From positions 12,834,001 through 12,898,000 of the forward strand of contig NC_043010.1 in NCBI RefSeq assembly GCF_006345805.1: a stretch of 64,000 nucleotides of DNA. The letters run 5' to 3'. Source of the DNA: Octopus sinensis (Eukaryota). Positions within the stretch are counted from its first letter, which is position 1; every line of letters begins with the position of its first letter. A program made the position numbers and the translations under genes. The notes below the pieces were generated by a model. That model saw only the letters and a list, made by a program, of their open reading frames with translations, did not search any database and was not told where the DNA came from. Shown in pieces: positions 52,094 through 64,000 of this stretch.

Positions 52094-52306
52094 TGTCTTT
52101 GTGTATATTTATTCCTCCACCATCGCTTGACAACCAATGCTGGTGTATTTACGTCCCCGTAAGCTAGCAGTTCGGCAAAAAACACCGATACAATAAGTAC
52201 CAGGCTTACAAAGAATAAGTCCAGGAGTCGATTTCTTCGACTAAAGAACCCTTTAAGGCGGAGCTCCAGCATGGCCGCAGTCAAACAACTGGTATAAGTA
52301 TAAAAG
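52094..52306 (+). mobile_element. 3' half of the split SINE type A
   Basis: CATCGCTTGACAACC...GCTCCAGCATGGCCGCAGTC tail with no head. Confidence 0.8.
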
Positions 52307-52572
52307 TGCCAAAGAATAGACAAACTTATCGTCACACATGATATTTATATGGTTGTAATACAAGAAACGAAATGACCAGCTCCACAGGGGATTCTTCAAA
52401 TTCCAAAATACATTTCCGAAAGACAAGACAAAAACAAAAGAACAGCGGAAACCTCATAAAATACTTATTTGATACAGGGATATCGCAAACATCGTTCGAT
52501 CAATAATAGATTGCGAAAAAAACCATTAGTAATGCAAGCGTTCGAAATAAAAGCCAGTGACATGGAACTCAC

Positions 52573-52952
52573 TGGTGTGGCTGTGTGGTAAGTAGCTCGC
52601 TTCCCAACCACATGGTTCCGGGTTCAGTCCCGCTGAGTGGCACCTTGGGCGGAGTGTCTTCTACTGTAACCTTGAGGCTACCAAAGACTTTGTGAGTGGA
52701 TTTAGTAGACGGAAACTGAAAGAAGCCCGTCGTATGTGTGCGTGTGTATGTGTGTCACCCAACACCGTGTGGAAACCGGTGTTGGTGTGTTTACGTCCCT
52801 GTAGCTTAGTGGCTCGGTAAAAGAGACAGATAGAATAAGTACTGGACTTTTAAAAAAAGCAATATCGGTACTGGAGTCGATCCGTTCCATTAAAAATTTC
52901 TTGAAGGTGGTGCCCCAGCATGGTCGCAGTCTTATGACTGAAACAGGAAAAA
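52573..52952 (+). mobile_element. Older SINE type A
   Basis: Diverged match to the type A consensus. Confidence 0.8.
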
Positions 52953-53364
52953 GTTAAAATATATAAATGTCATTTCTAAGCTTAACAGCTGTCTTTCAAT
53001 GAACACACTCCAACTATAACAGTGAAACACTCTTTCCAGGTACCCTCAATTGAAAGAGGCTTCAATGTACCAAACACATCCAGTTGCAAAATATATATAG
53101 CGCCAGAAGTCACACAATCTTTTTAAACATTCATGCAGGCACAGTCGTGTGTTTAAAAAATTCGCATCATGTTCTAGGTTCAATCCCACAGCGCAACAGT
53201 TGAATAAGTAGCTTCTATCATAACTTCCCCACTGTTAAGTGATAGGTGTAACTGGCATTAGAATTGACGAAGACAAATCCTACGATGGCGCTTGAAATAT
53301 ACACATAAGTAAACGATATTAAACTGAGAAAAAATATTTAATAAATAAATAAATTAGAAGTCCA

Positions 53365-53517
53365 GGATCTTTTCCGTTTGAACGGCAGTTTTTAACATAA
53401 TTTCTAGGTAACTAAAAAAATTTTTAACTTCGTATACTGGTAGAATGTGTTTATAAAACATCTTTTTTCTCTTGGCTTTATTGAGAAAATTCTATAGTGT
53501 GTAAGATATTTGTTGTT
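53365..53517 (+). mobile_element. Left-end fragment of the GG-MITE
   Basis: Left TIR plus about 150 bp, ending at a (TA)n field. Confidence 0.8.
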
Positions 53518-53786
53518 GTTTATATATACATATATATACATATATATATATACATATATATACTTATATATATATACTTATATATATATATATATACATA
53601 TATATACTTATATATATATATATATATATACATATATATACTTATATATATTATATATATATATAACATATATATACTTATATATATAATATATATATAT
53701 ATACATATATATACTTATATAATATATATACATATATATACTTATATTATATATATATATATATATTATATATACATATATATACT

Positions 53787-53818
<32 letters not shown>

Positions 53819-53862
53819 TATACTTATATATATATATATATATATATATACGTATATATACT

Positions 53863-53896
<34 letters not shown>

Positions 53897-53902
53897 TATA
53901 CT

Positions 53903-53943
<41 letters not shown>

Positions 53944-54087
53944 ATACACATACACACACAAACATAGTCAGTCTGAGGAAATAGGGTCCTCCTTAGGGGA
54001 TTATAAAATCCAGAGATCAGATGGTGTTATCAATGATATATTGGGAGAATTCTCTCAATATATGGGGATAAACAGTCTAATATACAA

Positions 54088-54392
54088 TCTTTATATATAA
54101 AACTGAAGTTGTGTGTGTGTCTGTCTACTCCGATTTAGATTCCTAACTACTCCCACATTTTGCGGTGCAGTTTAACCAAAAGCGGGTATCTTATAGTCGT
54201 CATTCATATCGAGCCCTTCTGGGTATTAGCGCGCGTCTACGATGAGTCTACGATTTTAAAAAAAATTTACCATCATTTTTCCGCATTTTTAATGCATTTT
54301 TTGCTCGGTTTATATAAGGGAAGTAACTCTCTAAAAATGCTTATATAGTTATTTCCCTTACAAACCCGAGCAACGCCGGGCGATACTGCTCG
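54088..54392 (+). mobile_element. Non-autonomous Helitron
   Basis: Matches 12908-13216; 3' CTAG is mutated to CTCG. Confidence 0.85.
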
Positions 54393-55321
54393 TTATTACT
54401 ATAAGAAAATGGCGAAAAAATATTGTGGATACTTATTTTATTTGTATCACAATAAAAACATAGCAAATAGTTCAATACAAATAAAATTTGTACGAACATA
54501 CATTAACATAAAATAAGCATAGTAGGTGCCTACACATGTTTCAATCTAGTCACTATGTAAATAGTGCTTCGGATCCGCAGGGTTCGGACCATGTTAGAGT
54601 TTTAGATGTAAAAAATAACAACAAAGTGACCAGATATCTTGGAGGCAGTTTCGTGCAAAAGGGAATGCTTACATATCTTTTCACAGGAATTTAAGTCGAT
54701 GGTAAAAAAAACTTACTAGATTAGGTGGATGAGGACTACCTATGAATATGTTAAGTATCTATGTGGTCGTACGTATGCATATGTTAAGTAGCTGTATGTA
54801 CGTACGTATGCTTTAACTATATCTAATTATTAATTATTGATGGACGACATACTCTTAGGACATGTACCTGTGGAATACTCATTCGTTTAAATATACATCA
54901 CATATAGGAATTCAGTTGGTCAAATTGAATGCGCATCGTTGAGACCGACGGAGAACCCACCAGAAATCCAGGAAACTAACAAAATAAATGAGGTCGTTAA
55001 ATTATTACAGATGATTGAGCAACATCTGGTACAAAAAGGGATATTCAGAACCTGTGAACACATTTTCACATTAGAAAGTCTGTTAGCTTATGTGTATGTT
55101 TTTCGCAAAAAAAAAAAAAAATGCAGATTAAAAATAATCCCCAATCTCACAAAAACGCCAAAAAAAAAAAAAAATACCAGAGATGCTTAAAAAAAATGGC
55201 CGCCAACTCAGTACATTTAAAGATAGGTTGAAAACGCAGAGTGAAAAGATACAAGTGAGAAATTCCAGCATCAGTAGAGAGCAGATGAAAGCAAAATAAT
55301 CGATCGGAAATTCAGACATAC

Positions 55322-55455
55322 CCAGAAAGCAGAAGAATTTGGTGGCGGTCTGACTAGAAAAGCAATTGAATCTGTCCGTCCACTCGTTGGTGCTAAAAGG
55401 CAATAAACTGTCTGGAACTGTGTCAGAGAACCTAACCATGTTATAGGCTACCATC
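55322..55455 (-). other. Candidate spliced exon (134 nt)
   Basis: Acceptor CTTTCTTTCTATATTTAATTTTCAG|G and donor TGG|GTATGT around non-repetitive sequence; one frame is open. Confidence 0.3.
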
Positions 55456-55913
55456 CTGAAAATTAAATATAGAAAGAAAGAAGTTCGTTTCTAATGAGAT
55501 ATAGTATTTCAAACGGATATTTCAAGAATGTAGTCTTTCTATATTGCTATATTTAATGGTAGTAAACGCCTTGTGTTAAGAAGATATGGAGAATACAGCA
55601 TTAACCTAAAACATTAACTTAACACATAAGTTCTTTATTGATAACCCCGAACTGCATGCTAAGGAACGGTGTCGACATTAAAAACACCTGGTTACTACGT
55701 GGCCACATTAGATAACATAAGTCTTCTTGATTGAGAAAGTAGTAACAACTCTGTCACAACAGCTTAATTTTTCTTCCCCATTGTTAAGTGATAGGTGTAA
55801 CTTGCATTAGAATTGACGAAGACAAATCCTACGATGGCGCTTGAAATATACACAGAAGTAAACGATATTAAACTGGAAAAAAATATTTAATAAATAAATA
55901 AATTAGAAGTCCA

Positions 55914-56323
55914 GGATCTTTTCGGTTTGAACGGCAGTTTTTAACATAATTTCTAGGTAACTAAAAAATTTTTAACTTCGTATACTGGTAGAATGTGTTT
56001 ATAAAACATCTTTTTTCTCTTGGCTTTATTGAGAAAATTCTATAGTTTGTAAGATATTCGTTATTTTTTTCTTCAATTTCTGCAATTTCAACCAATCAAT
56101 GACGTGTATTGAGGTAAAAAAAACATTGTGCCGTATGAATATGTCCCTCGTTTAATAAACAGATTGGGTTTATTTACATTTGTGAAGAAAAAAAGATACC
56201 TTCCCCCCACCCCTAACCCTAAAACAGATTGAAATGCAATAGATCGATACTAGGGTCATAATTATGGATGACAATTTCATATGATACCGCTAGAAAAAAC
56301 TGCCGTTCAAACCGAAAATATCC
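55914..56323 (+). mobile_element. GG-MITE
   Basis: Both TIRs present; no matching TSD. Confidence 0.85.
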
Positions 56324-56621
56324 AAATGCTGTAACAATAGTACTTTTTTTAAAGTGTTCTAATGAGTTATAAGATTAGGTCAGTAATATTTGACCATGAG
56401 TTCTGGAGTGAGCGTCTACTATATTCGACAACTCTACCTTAAAAGGTGATCAACATGTTTTTTCGGGGTGGAGTGTGGGAATTCCCATGATATAAGAAAA
56501 ACGTATGTCGTTTCCAAATCAATGATCTGGGGGACGTAGACGACATACGCAATACAAACGTAATGGACTGGACTAGTTATGAGTGAAAGACTTGAAAATG
56601 TCACCATAGATGTATATTATA

Positions 56622-57020
56622 CTAGCAGTATCGCCTGGCGTTGCTCGGGTTTGTAAGGGAAATAACTATATAAGCATTTTTAGAGAGTTATAGCCAAAAA
56701 ATAGCAAAAAGAATGCATTAAAAATGGAAAAAAAATGATGGTAAATTTTTTTTTAAATCGTTGACTCATCGTAGACATTTTTAGAGAGTTACTTCCCTTA
56801 TATAATAGCGAAAAAATGCATTAAAATGGAAGAAAATGATGGTAAATTATTTTAAAAATCGTAGACTCATCGTAGACGCGCGCTAATACCCAGAAGGGCT
56901 CGATATGAATCACGACTATAAGATACCCGGTTTTGGTTAAACTGCACCGCAAAATGTGGGAGTAGTTAGGAATCTAAATCGTAGGAGACAGACACACAAC
57001 TTCACTTTTATATATAAAGA
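56622..57020 (-). mobile_element. Non-autonomous Helitron
   Basis: Reverse complement of the 4813/12908 family, with CTAG and TC ends. Confidence 0.85.
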
Positions 57021-58576
57021 TTAAATGGAAGACAGAACGTCAAGGCTTGGCTAATGAAGAATTTACGAATTCCATAGCTAAACAAAGTCACATTTCCTAC
57101 CACGAGTACAAGGTTTCTTTATTTTCATTAACAACACCCAATATAGATTTCATTAAAAAAAAATAGAGAAGACAAATCTACTTATTCGAGCGATACTGAC
57201 AACATATGCAAAACATTTGAAAAGTTCTAATTCAATTTTACACAGACCTTTGTCTAGTCAACGAGAAACAAGCTTGCAAATTTATTGTGAGCAAACCCAC
57301 TCTTATTGTGGAAAAAGAATGAAAATTAACATTGAAGACTATTCAATTTGTATTAAGATAATGAAAACATATTAAGATTTAGTTACTAATTTTCTTTATT
57401 AAAACCAAAGTCCAAAGGTTTTGTTAAAGTTAAATAAACAAGGTTAAATTACTTTGTTTTCAGAAATTCGTGCAAGACACGCCATCCTACTTATTTCGTG
57501 TCATTCATCACAAAAGTACGTTGAATTCTATTAGTTGCATCGACTACGCTACTTCTCTCAGACGATCTGTGATAAACGAAGTCTAAAACTACACTTCGTC
57601 AGACAGCAAAGGAATTTTCTCTAATTAACAAACCTGAATACTATCACATGCAGAGTTTTCAGCGTATCTGAAAATAGATTAAGCATTGACTTTTTATATT
57701 GAAATAGCTAATAAATTACTACAGAGCAGTACAGCAGTTTCCGCATTTGACTTCTTGAAATTAAATACAAGGAACTGCGTATATATATCTTGTAATGCAA
57801 TAACCTCGTTATTTTACAGTTTTGTACATTATTGATATCACAGTCTAGCGAGAAAATTAACCTCACAGTTTCTTGACGAGGAAATCAAAAAGAAATAAAG
57901 AAAAACCTACGATTAAATAGTTGCACAAGTGAAAACTTTGTAATTACATATTCAAAATCGAACTTGTACACAACTTGAAGGACTAGAACATCAATGTGTC
58001 GAGAAAGATGATAATATAGTAGAAGCATAGTTAAGTTCAGTAACCTTGCTGAAGACCAATTTTACTCCATTCATTCTTCTAATTGAACAGCACAATGAAA
58101 TCAATAGTTTGCTTCTCGGACAGTTACTCATAATTTTGCTGTCGTTCTTATTGCCATTATTATTGTTATAGCTTATAGCTGGTTGAATAAGGTTTTGAAT
58201 TATCACTGTCTTATTCTGTGTGTTGCCAAGACGATAAAGAAATGATATACTAACTCGATAACATTTTGCTTATGATCTCTTTACTATAAATTTCACTACT
58301 AAAATAAACTGCTCGGCTAACCGCTTCGAAGCCCTTCTACGATGTTACTTGAAGCTTCTGAAGTAGTAATGTAGAGTGAAATAAGATGCTTGTTTTATGT
58401 GCAATTTCGTTTCTTTGAACTGATTAATAAGATGAAATATTCATTTCCTGTCAAGCCACGTGGACTCAGGTATGGTAATAGAGTGGCTAAATAAATAAGC
58501 ATATGGTTTTATCAAAACGTAAATGAAAAATTTCCAACTGAAAATAGAGAATCACATTGTCCGCTCGGTTAAAAAA

Positions 58577-58891
58577 GGTATTGCTTGGCTTAGTGTTAAG
58601 GGTATTCGGCTCATGATCACAATGACGTGAGTTCAATTCCCGGAGACCTGTTGTGTCCTAGAGCAAGACACTTTATTTCACGTTGCTCCAGTCCACTCCT
58701 CTGGCAAAAATGAGTAGTACTTGTATTTCAAAAGGCCAGCCTTGTCACATTCTGTGTCACGCTGACTCTCCCTGAGAACTACGTTAAGAGTACGCGTGTC
58801 TGCGGAGTGCTCAGCCACTTGCACGTTAATTTCACGAGAAGGCTGTTCCATTGATCAGATCAACAGGAACCCTCGTCGTTGCAACCGATGG
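58577..58891 (+). mobile_element. SINE type D
   Basis: Matches 34685-35004. Confidence 0.8.
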
Positions 58892-58976
58892 ATTACCAGC
58901 ATATACTCCTACTATAGCACTTAAATTAGGTGTTTGGAAACTTGAACTAAATTTTGATAGTATAGATTCTAGGTGA

Positions 58977-59229
58977 AATTAACGTGCAAGTGGCTGAGCA
59001 CTCCACAGACACGTGTACCCTTAACGTAGTTCTCAGGGAGATTCAGCATGACACAGAGTGTGACAAAGCTGGCCCTTTGAAATACAAGTACTACTAATTT
59101 TTGCCAGCTGAATGGGACTGGAGCAACGTGAAATAAAGTGTCTTGCTCTAGGACACAACGCGTCGCCGAGAATTGAACTCACGACCTTACGATTGTGAGC
59201 CGAATGCTCTAACCACTAAGCCACGTGCC
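58977..59229 (-). mobile_element. SINE type D with a truncated tail
   Basis: Reverse-complement match to 34685-34940. Confidence 0.8.
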
Positions 59230-59272
59230 TTCACTTTGATCGCCACCTGTTTGCTTTACATACCGGATATCC

Positions 59273-59500
59273 GGCGAGTTGGCAGCAACGTTAGCACGCC
59301 GGGCGAAATGCGTAGCCGTATTTCGTCTGCCGTTATGTTCTGAGTTCAAATTCCGCCGAGGTCGACTTTGCCTTTCATCCTTTCGGAGTCGATAAATTAA
59401 GTACCAGTTACGCACTGGGGTCGATGTAATCTACTTAACCCCTTTGTCTGTCCTTGTTTGTCCCCTCTGTGTTTAGCCCCTTCTGGGTAGTAAGGAAATA
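59273..59500 (+). mobile_element. SINE type B
   Basis: Matches the type B consensus. Confidence 0.85.
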
Positions 59501-60016
59501 TATAGTATCACCCTGTTGCTTCGAGAAATGAATCCTTTCGCCCCATATTACTTATTTATAACAAGATGCATTCACATTTTGGAGTCAAATCTTTTTGCAA
59601 GAGACTTTTGTTGATCCTACTGCATTTTCAGGAAATGCAAGACTAAAAGTGAAAAAGACCCATCGTTCAATAGAATGATCCTCCAACTTATAAATATAAG
59701 CATTACATAGCCATTGCCGTCATTTAGCCCCAGATCAACCCTGACATCCAAAAGATATATGGTCAAATAAATTTTTTATATAATCACAATTTTTAAAGTT
59801 TAGAGCGTTAATCGAGGAAGATCTCGTTGCTATTTCTAACAGTTTCAGTGATCTCTTCTTTAATACTTAATAGTTATGTCGAGTTGTGTATTGGCTTAAA
59901 AAAATGACAGTATCATTGATGGGATTCGAACCGTCGATATTTTCGTTGCTAATTCGATTTGGTAATTTATGTCTTTCTGTCCGAATACAGACGATTAATA
60001 TGTCTATAAATATTTC

Positions 60017-60427
60017 GGATATTTTCGATTTGAACGGCAGTTTTTAAAAATAATTTCCACGTAACTAAACACTTCGTATACTGGTAGAATGTGTTTATAA
60101 AACATCTTTTTCTCTTGGCTTTATTGAGAAAATTCTATAGTTAGTAAGATATTTATTGTTTTTTTTTCTTCAATTTCTGCAATTTCAACCAATCAATGAC
60201 GTCTATTGAGGTAAAAAACATTCTGTGCCGTATGAATATGTCCCTCGTTTACGAAACAGACTGGGTTTATTTACATTTGTGATGAAAAAAGGATACTCTT
60301 CCCCCCACCTCTAACCCTAACCCTAAAACAGATTGAAATGCAATAGATTGATACTAGGGTCATAATTATGGGTGACAATTTCATATGACACCGCTAGAAA
60401 AAACTGCCGTTCAAACCGAAAAGATCC
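60017..60427 (+). mobile_element. GG-MITE
   Basis: Both TIRs present; 8-bp TSD AATATTTC at 60009-60016 and 60428-60435. Confidence 0.9.
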
Positions 60428-60550
60428 AATATTTCTCTTCAGAAGCACACATGCACATACAAAAAGAAGGAAAAAACAGAAAAATATAGCCGCAAGTAAA
60501 AATCTGGCGATAAACGTTACAGCTTACAGTCCAAGCGATAGCTCTACCTA

Positions 60551-60585
60551 CACTTCTGATGAAACGCAAGAGCCGAAACGTCAAA
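60551..60585 (+). ncRNA. Hammerhead-like core with weak stems (relic)
   Basis: CTGATGA...GAAAC-GTC; stem II and stem I are poorly paired. Confidence 0.3.
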
Positions 60586-61209
60586 TTTTCCACTTCTCGC
60601 ATCAGTTAAACATCGAACTTTCTTCTTAATATAATTAGCTTCACCGAGACAGACCTTCATCTGTTCCCTCGGATTCTAGATTTTACAGAATCCCAAGGGA
60701 CAGGTCATTTAAAAATTTCAACCAGTCAAATGAGTTATCTAAAAATATTTTAACCACTGAGATATTTCCTGTAGAATAGAGAGATATTTATTAGCTGTTG
60801 CTAGAATGATATCAATGACAGCAACTCTTCCAATCGATGATAATTCATGTATTTCCGAATTTAATTTTGACTTGGCTTCGGATTGAATAAGCTCCTCTGG
60901 GTTATTTAAGAATATAAATCACTGAAGTTAATTACTCAGATTTTTAATTATCAACCCCCAAGAAAAATAATGTTCAGTTAGACAGTATTAACATATTAAA
61001 TATCAAAAGTCTAGTAAGAAATTGTTACACGGAGAAGATTTTAATCATTTAGACAAATATGGACAACAACTCCCGACATGTTTCAGTTTTATTAAACTTC
61101 TTCTGCGAAGAATAGACTTCGTCCTACTTGACAAATCATTGACAAGAGGATCACTATGTAGAGGACCACTATGTTGTTAAGGAGTAAGTGTGAAAATATT
61201 GCCATATCT

Positions 61210-61371
61210 TAAAAATTGCAGAAATTGAAGAAAAAAGCAACAAATATCTTACAAACAATTAAATCAATTTAAAATGTTTTATTTTGACACATTCTACCAG
61301 TATACGAAGTTTAAAAGTGTTTAGTTAACTAGAAATCGTGTTGAAAACTGCCGTTCAAAAGGAAAAGATCC
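61210..61371 (-). mobile_element. Degenerate GG-MITE left-end fragment
   Basis: AAAACTGCCGTTCAAAAGGAAAAGATCC. Confidence 0.7.
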
Positions 61372-63851
61372 TGAATATCAAAATATCTAATTAGAAATGC
61401 TTATGTGGTGAAAAAAAAAAGACAATTAGTTCAATGAATTATCGTGTGTAGGAGATGCGTTTTTGCCATAACACCTGAATTTTTTTTCATCGTGAGTTCA
61501 ATACAGAGAAGGAACGAAATTAGAATAAAATAAAACAATAGCAGATATCAAAATAGACCTGAATCTCACTTCCAATTCCATCTTAACAAAATAATGTTAG
61601 TTCCTCTTTGTTATAATTCGAATCAATCTCCTCACCCAACTCCCCCCCGCCAACGATTCACTCTATACTTCTTCATATACATTAATCCAAAAGATAATGT
61701 AAAATGTGCGGTCTCCTGTTTCATTTTTGCTTCTCTTGTTACTTCTGTTAGCTTTAAAGCAGCTCCACCACCGAATCCGCTTTCTCTATCCCCTCTTCCA
61801 CCTCTCGCTCGCTCTTCTTTTCCTTCCGTTCTTTTCCCGCTCTACTACAAAGATAAGCGTGGTGGCTGAAGATAAATAAATGTCTTACACGGATCACAAC
61901 ACAATGCCTGGATAGGAACTCATAACATCTCAACCGAGAGGACGACATCTTATTCACCTACTCAATACAACGATGACCATTATGTTAACATGACGATCGA
62001 GATTCGGACTAGCTTAAATTAGAATCCGATGGTTAAATTCTAATTTCCTTTCTTATATGCCTATCCATCTCATTCGTTCTCTCTCTCTCTCTTTCCTGTT
62101 CTTCAAATATCAGTAAAAGAGATCTACAATTGACTTGTCTCTTTCCCGAAAATCCATCTAACACGATGCATACAATGGACTTGGCATAATAAAATCTTTC
62201 TGTTTAGCGAAAAGTGTCTTCTAACTATATCATCATCTTCTCGACTTTCCAAACTACTTCAAATCATAGATTTCCACCATTACTAAATTGCAGAAAGAGC
62301 TAACACCGAAGTTCTTTTTATCGACGAGTGTCTGCCGATATTCTTAAGAATATCTATATATTCAGACGGCTCGAAAATGTTATCTTCGCATTCTGGAGAT
62401 AACCTTATGGCAAGTTCTACATCATAAAAAGCGAACGATAACTCTCTACGCTTGTTTCGCATGAGTTGAAAGTTGTGAGGTTATGTTTTGCAGCAGAACG
62501 GAATGCCTGTGTTTTAACACGATTAAGTATCGATCTTTTCCTTTCGTATTGGTTGTATTTCTCCCAAACAGAAGAATTAAATGGCTTTGGCTAAAATACT
62601 CGGCGCAACACCCCCACATACACACACACATAACTATGTTTGTGTTGGGTGTAGTTTAAAATTATTTCCTACGTTTGTTTTTACATTTATTCTTAGAAGT
62701 GCCAAATCTCCTTCAGCAAGGAAGGAGAGAAGGTGTTTTTATTTATTTTTTAATCAATTCTTACATATCTAAAAACCTCTCGTAATAACCTAACGGGTTA
62801 TTACTGTTACCTACATGATCAAGTAGCGTTGCCTGGCAATAAAACGCTTGTTCTGTTCTTTCTTATGCGAGTATGGCCGAACTTGGAACGAAGTTAATGC
62901 TTGTTGTCAGACATTTCGCAGCTGAAGTACTTCAATTCACTATTTTTCACTGTGATGATACATGTAATACCTGATCTTATTCTAACACAGAAATTGTTGG
63001 GCGACTCATGTAAATGCAGTTTATTTCCTAACATCTATTTCTATCGAATGAATGACTGTTTTATCGCCTTCATTAAACCTGTTAAAAACCCAATAGACCA
63101 TTGAACTGATTCTTGAGAATTATCGTCTTCTTAACTGCTGCACTATTTTATTTATTTATTTATTTTTATTTATTTATATTTTATTCATCTATTTATTATT
63201 TTTTTTTTTTTGTTTAATAATATTTCAGAAATGTTATATTCGTGATTTAATAAAAGAAAATCAAACTGGTGAAGTGGTGAGCAAGAAATAAAATTTATAG
63301 TTGACATCCAGACGAATGTCTAAAAATAAAAATAAAAATAAAATAAATAGGAAAAAAAAAGAGAGTGAAAAAGAAGCAAAAGTATTGAATAAAATGTTAA
63401 ATTTGCTTTCTGACATTTAAACCTTTCTTTTTCTTTTATCTATAAACATCTCTCTTTTGTAAAACTTTACTACACATATTCTAAAGTGCAGTGAGTTAAA
63501 AAGAGAGAGAGAAGAGGGAAGGAGGGAAAGATAAAAGGAGAAAAAGAAAGAGAGATAAAAATAAGAGAGAGAGAGAAAAAGAAAGAGGGGGAGAGAAAAG
63601 AAAAAGAGATTGACAAATGTTTCTATGATCGAGTTCGAATCCATAGAATACCAATTAAGAATTTACCAAATGTTGCAAAAATCTCCTGGAGACCATGAAA
63701 GTATACTGGAGCAGTGATGTAGCCAAAGAAAGTGGAGCGATCTGCCCCGGACGATACTAATATAGAGAGGAAGGACACTTTAGGGTCCGATATATAAACC
63801 TCTATAGGCGGGGGGCAAATTTAAAGGCGGTCACGGCACAACAGTCTAGAT

Positions 63852-64000
63852 CAGTGGTTCTCAATCTTTTAAATATCCGGGCCAGATTAAAAACCTGGAA
63901 TTTTTTTAGGGGGCTGCACCAAAAATGTAAAACACAGGTCCGTTGCAGAAAAGTTTACTATATTTATAGAGAAAAGACCGTCGAGGGCTACCGGGAGGAT
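63852..64000. mobile_element. Start of a hAT-like element that runs off the window
   Basis: GTCTAGAT followed by CAGTGGTTCTCAA, the same target and TIR pattern as 26443. Confidence 0.6.

Noticed and set aside
61600-63100. Unique sequence as a promoter or first exon
   Set aside because: No diagnostic motif could be supported from sequence alone.

Overview
AT-rich eukaryotic DNA, almost certainly octopus or another coleoid cephalopod, inferred from the protocadherin style and the repeat landscape. There is one host gene: a six-EC protocadherin on the minus strand. Its large coding exon (32404-30026) has a clear splice acceptor upstream and a CAG|GTAAGT donor downstream; its other exons were not located with confidence. 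The rest of the window is mostly repeats: at least four tRNA-headed SINE types with swapped tails, non-autonomous Helitrons, hAT MITEs, a GG-ended MITE with 8-bp TSDs and internal TTAGGG-like motifs, an RTE relic and many microsatellites. The most interesting structures are three. (1) A near full-length Tx1-clade LINE (about 45514-51735, minus) lies inside (GATA)n, is stacked on a truncated copy of itself, and the pair splits one SINE in two. (2) A hidden, MITE-interrupted sister Tx1 lineage (5974-6838) ends in (TTA)n rather than (TATC)n. (3) Several minimal hammerhead-ribozyme-like motifs of the Penelope type are present, including a tandem dimer at 20190-20318. SINE labels A-E are my own working names. 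All coordinates were read by eye and may be off by a few bases.
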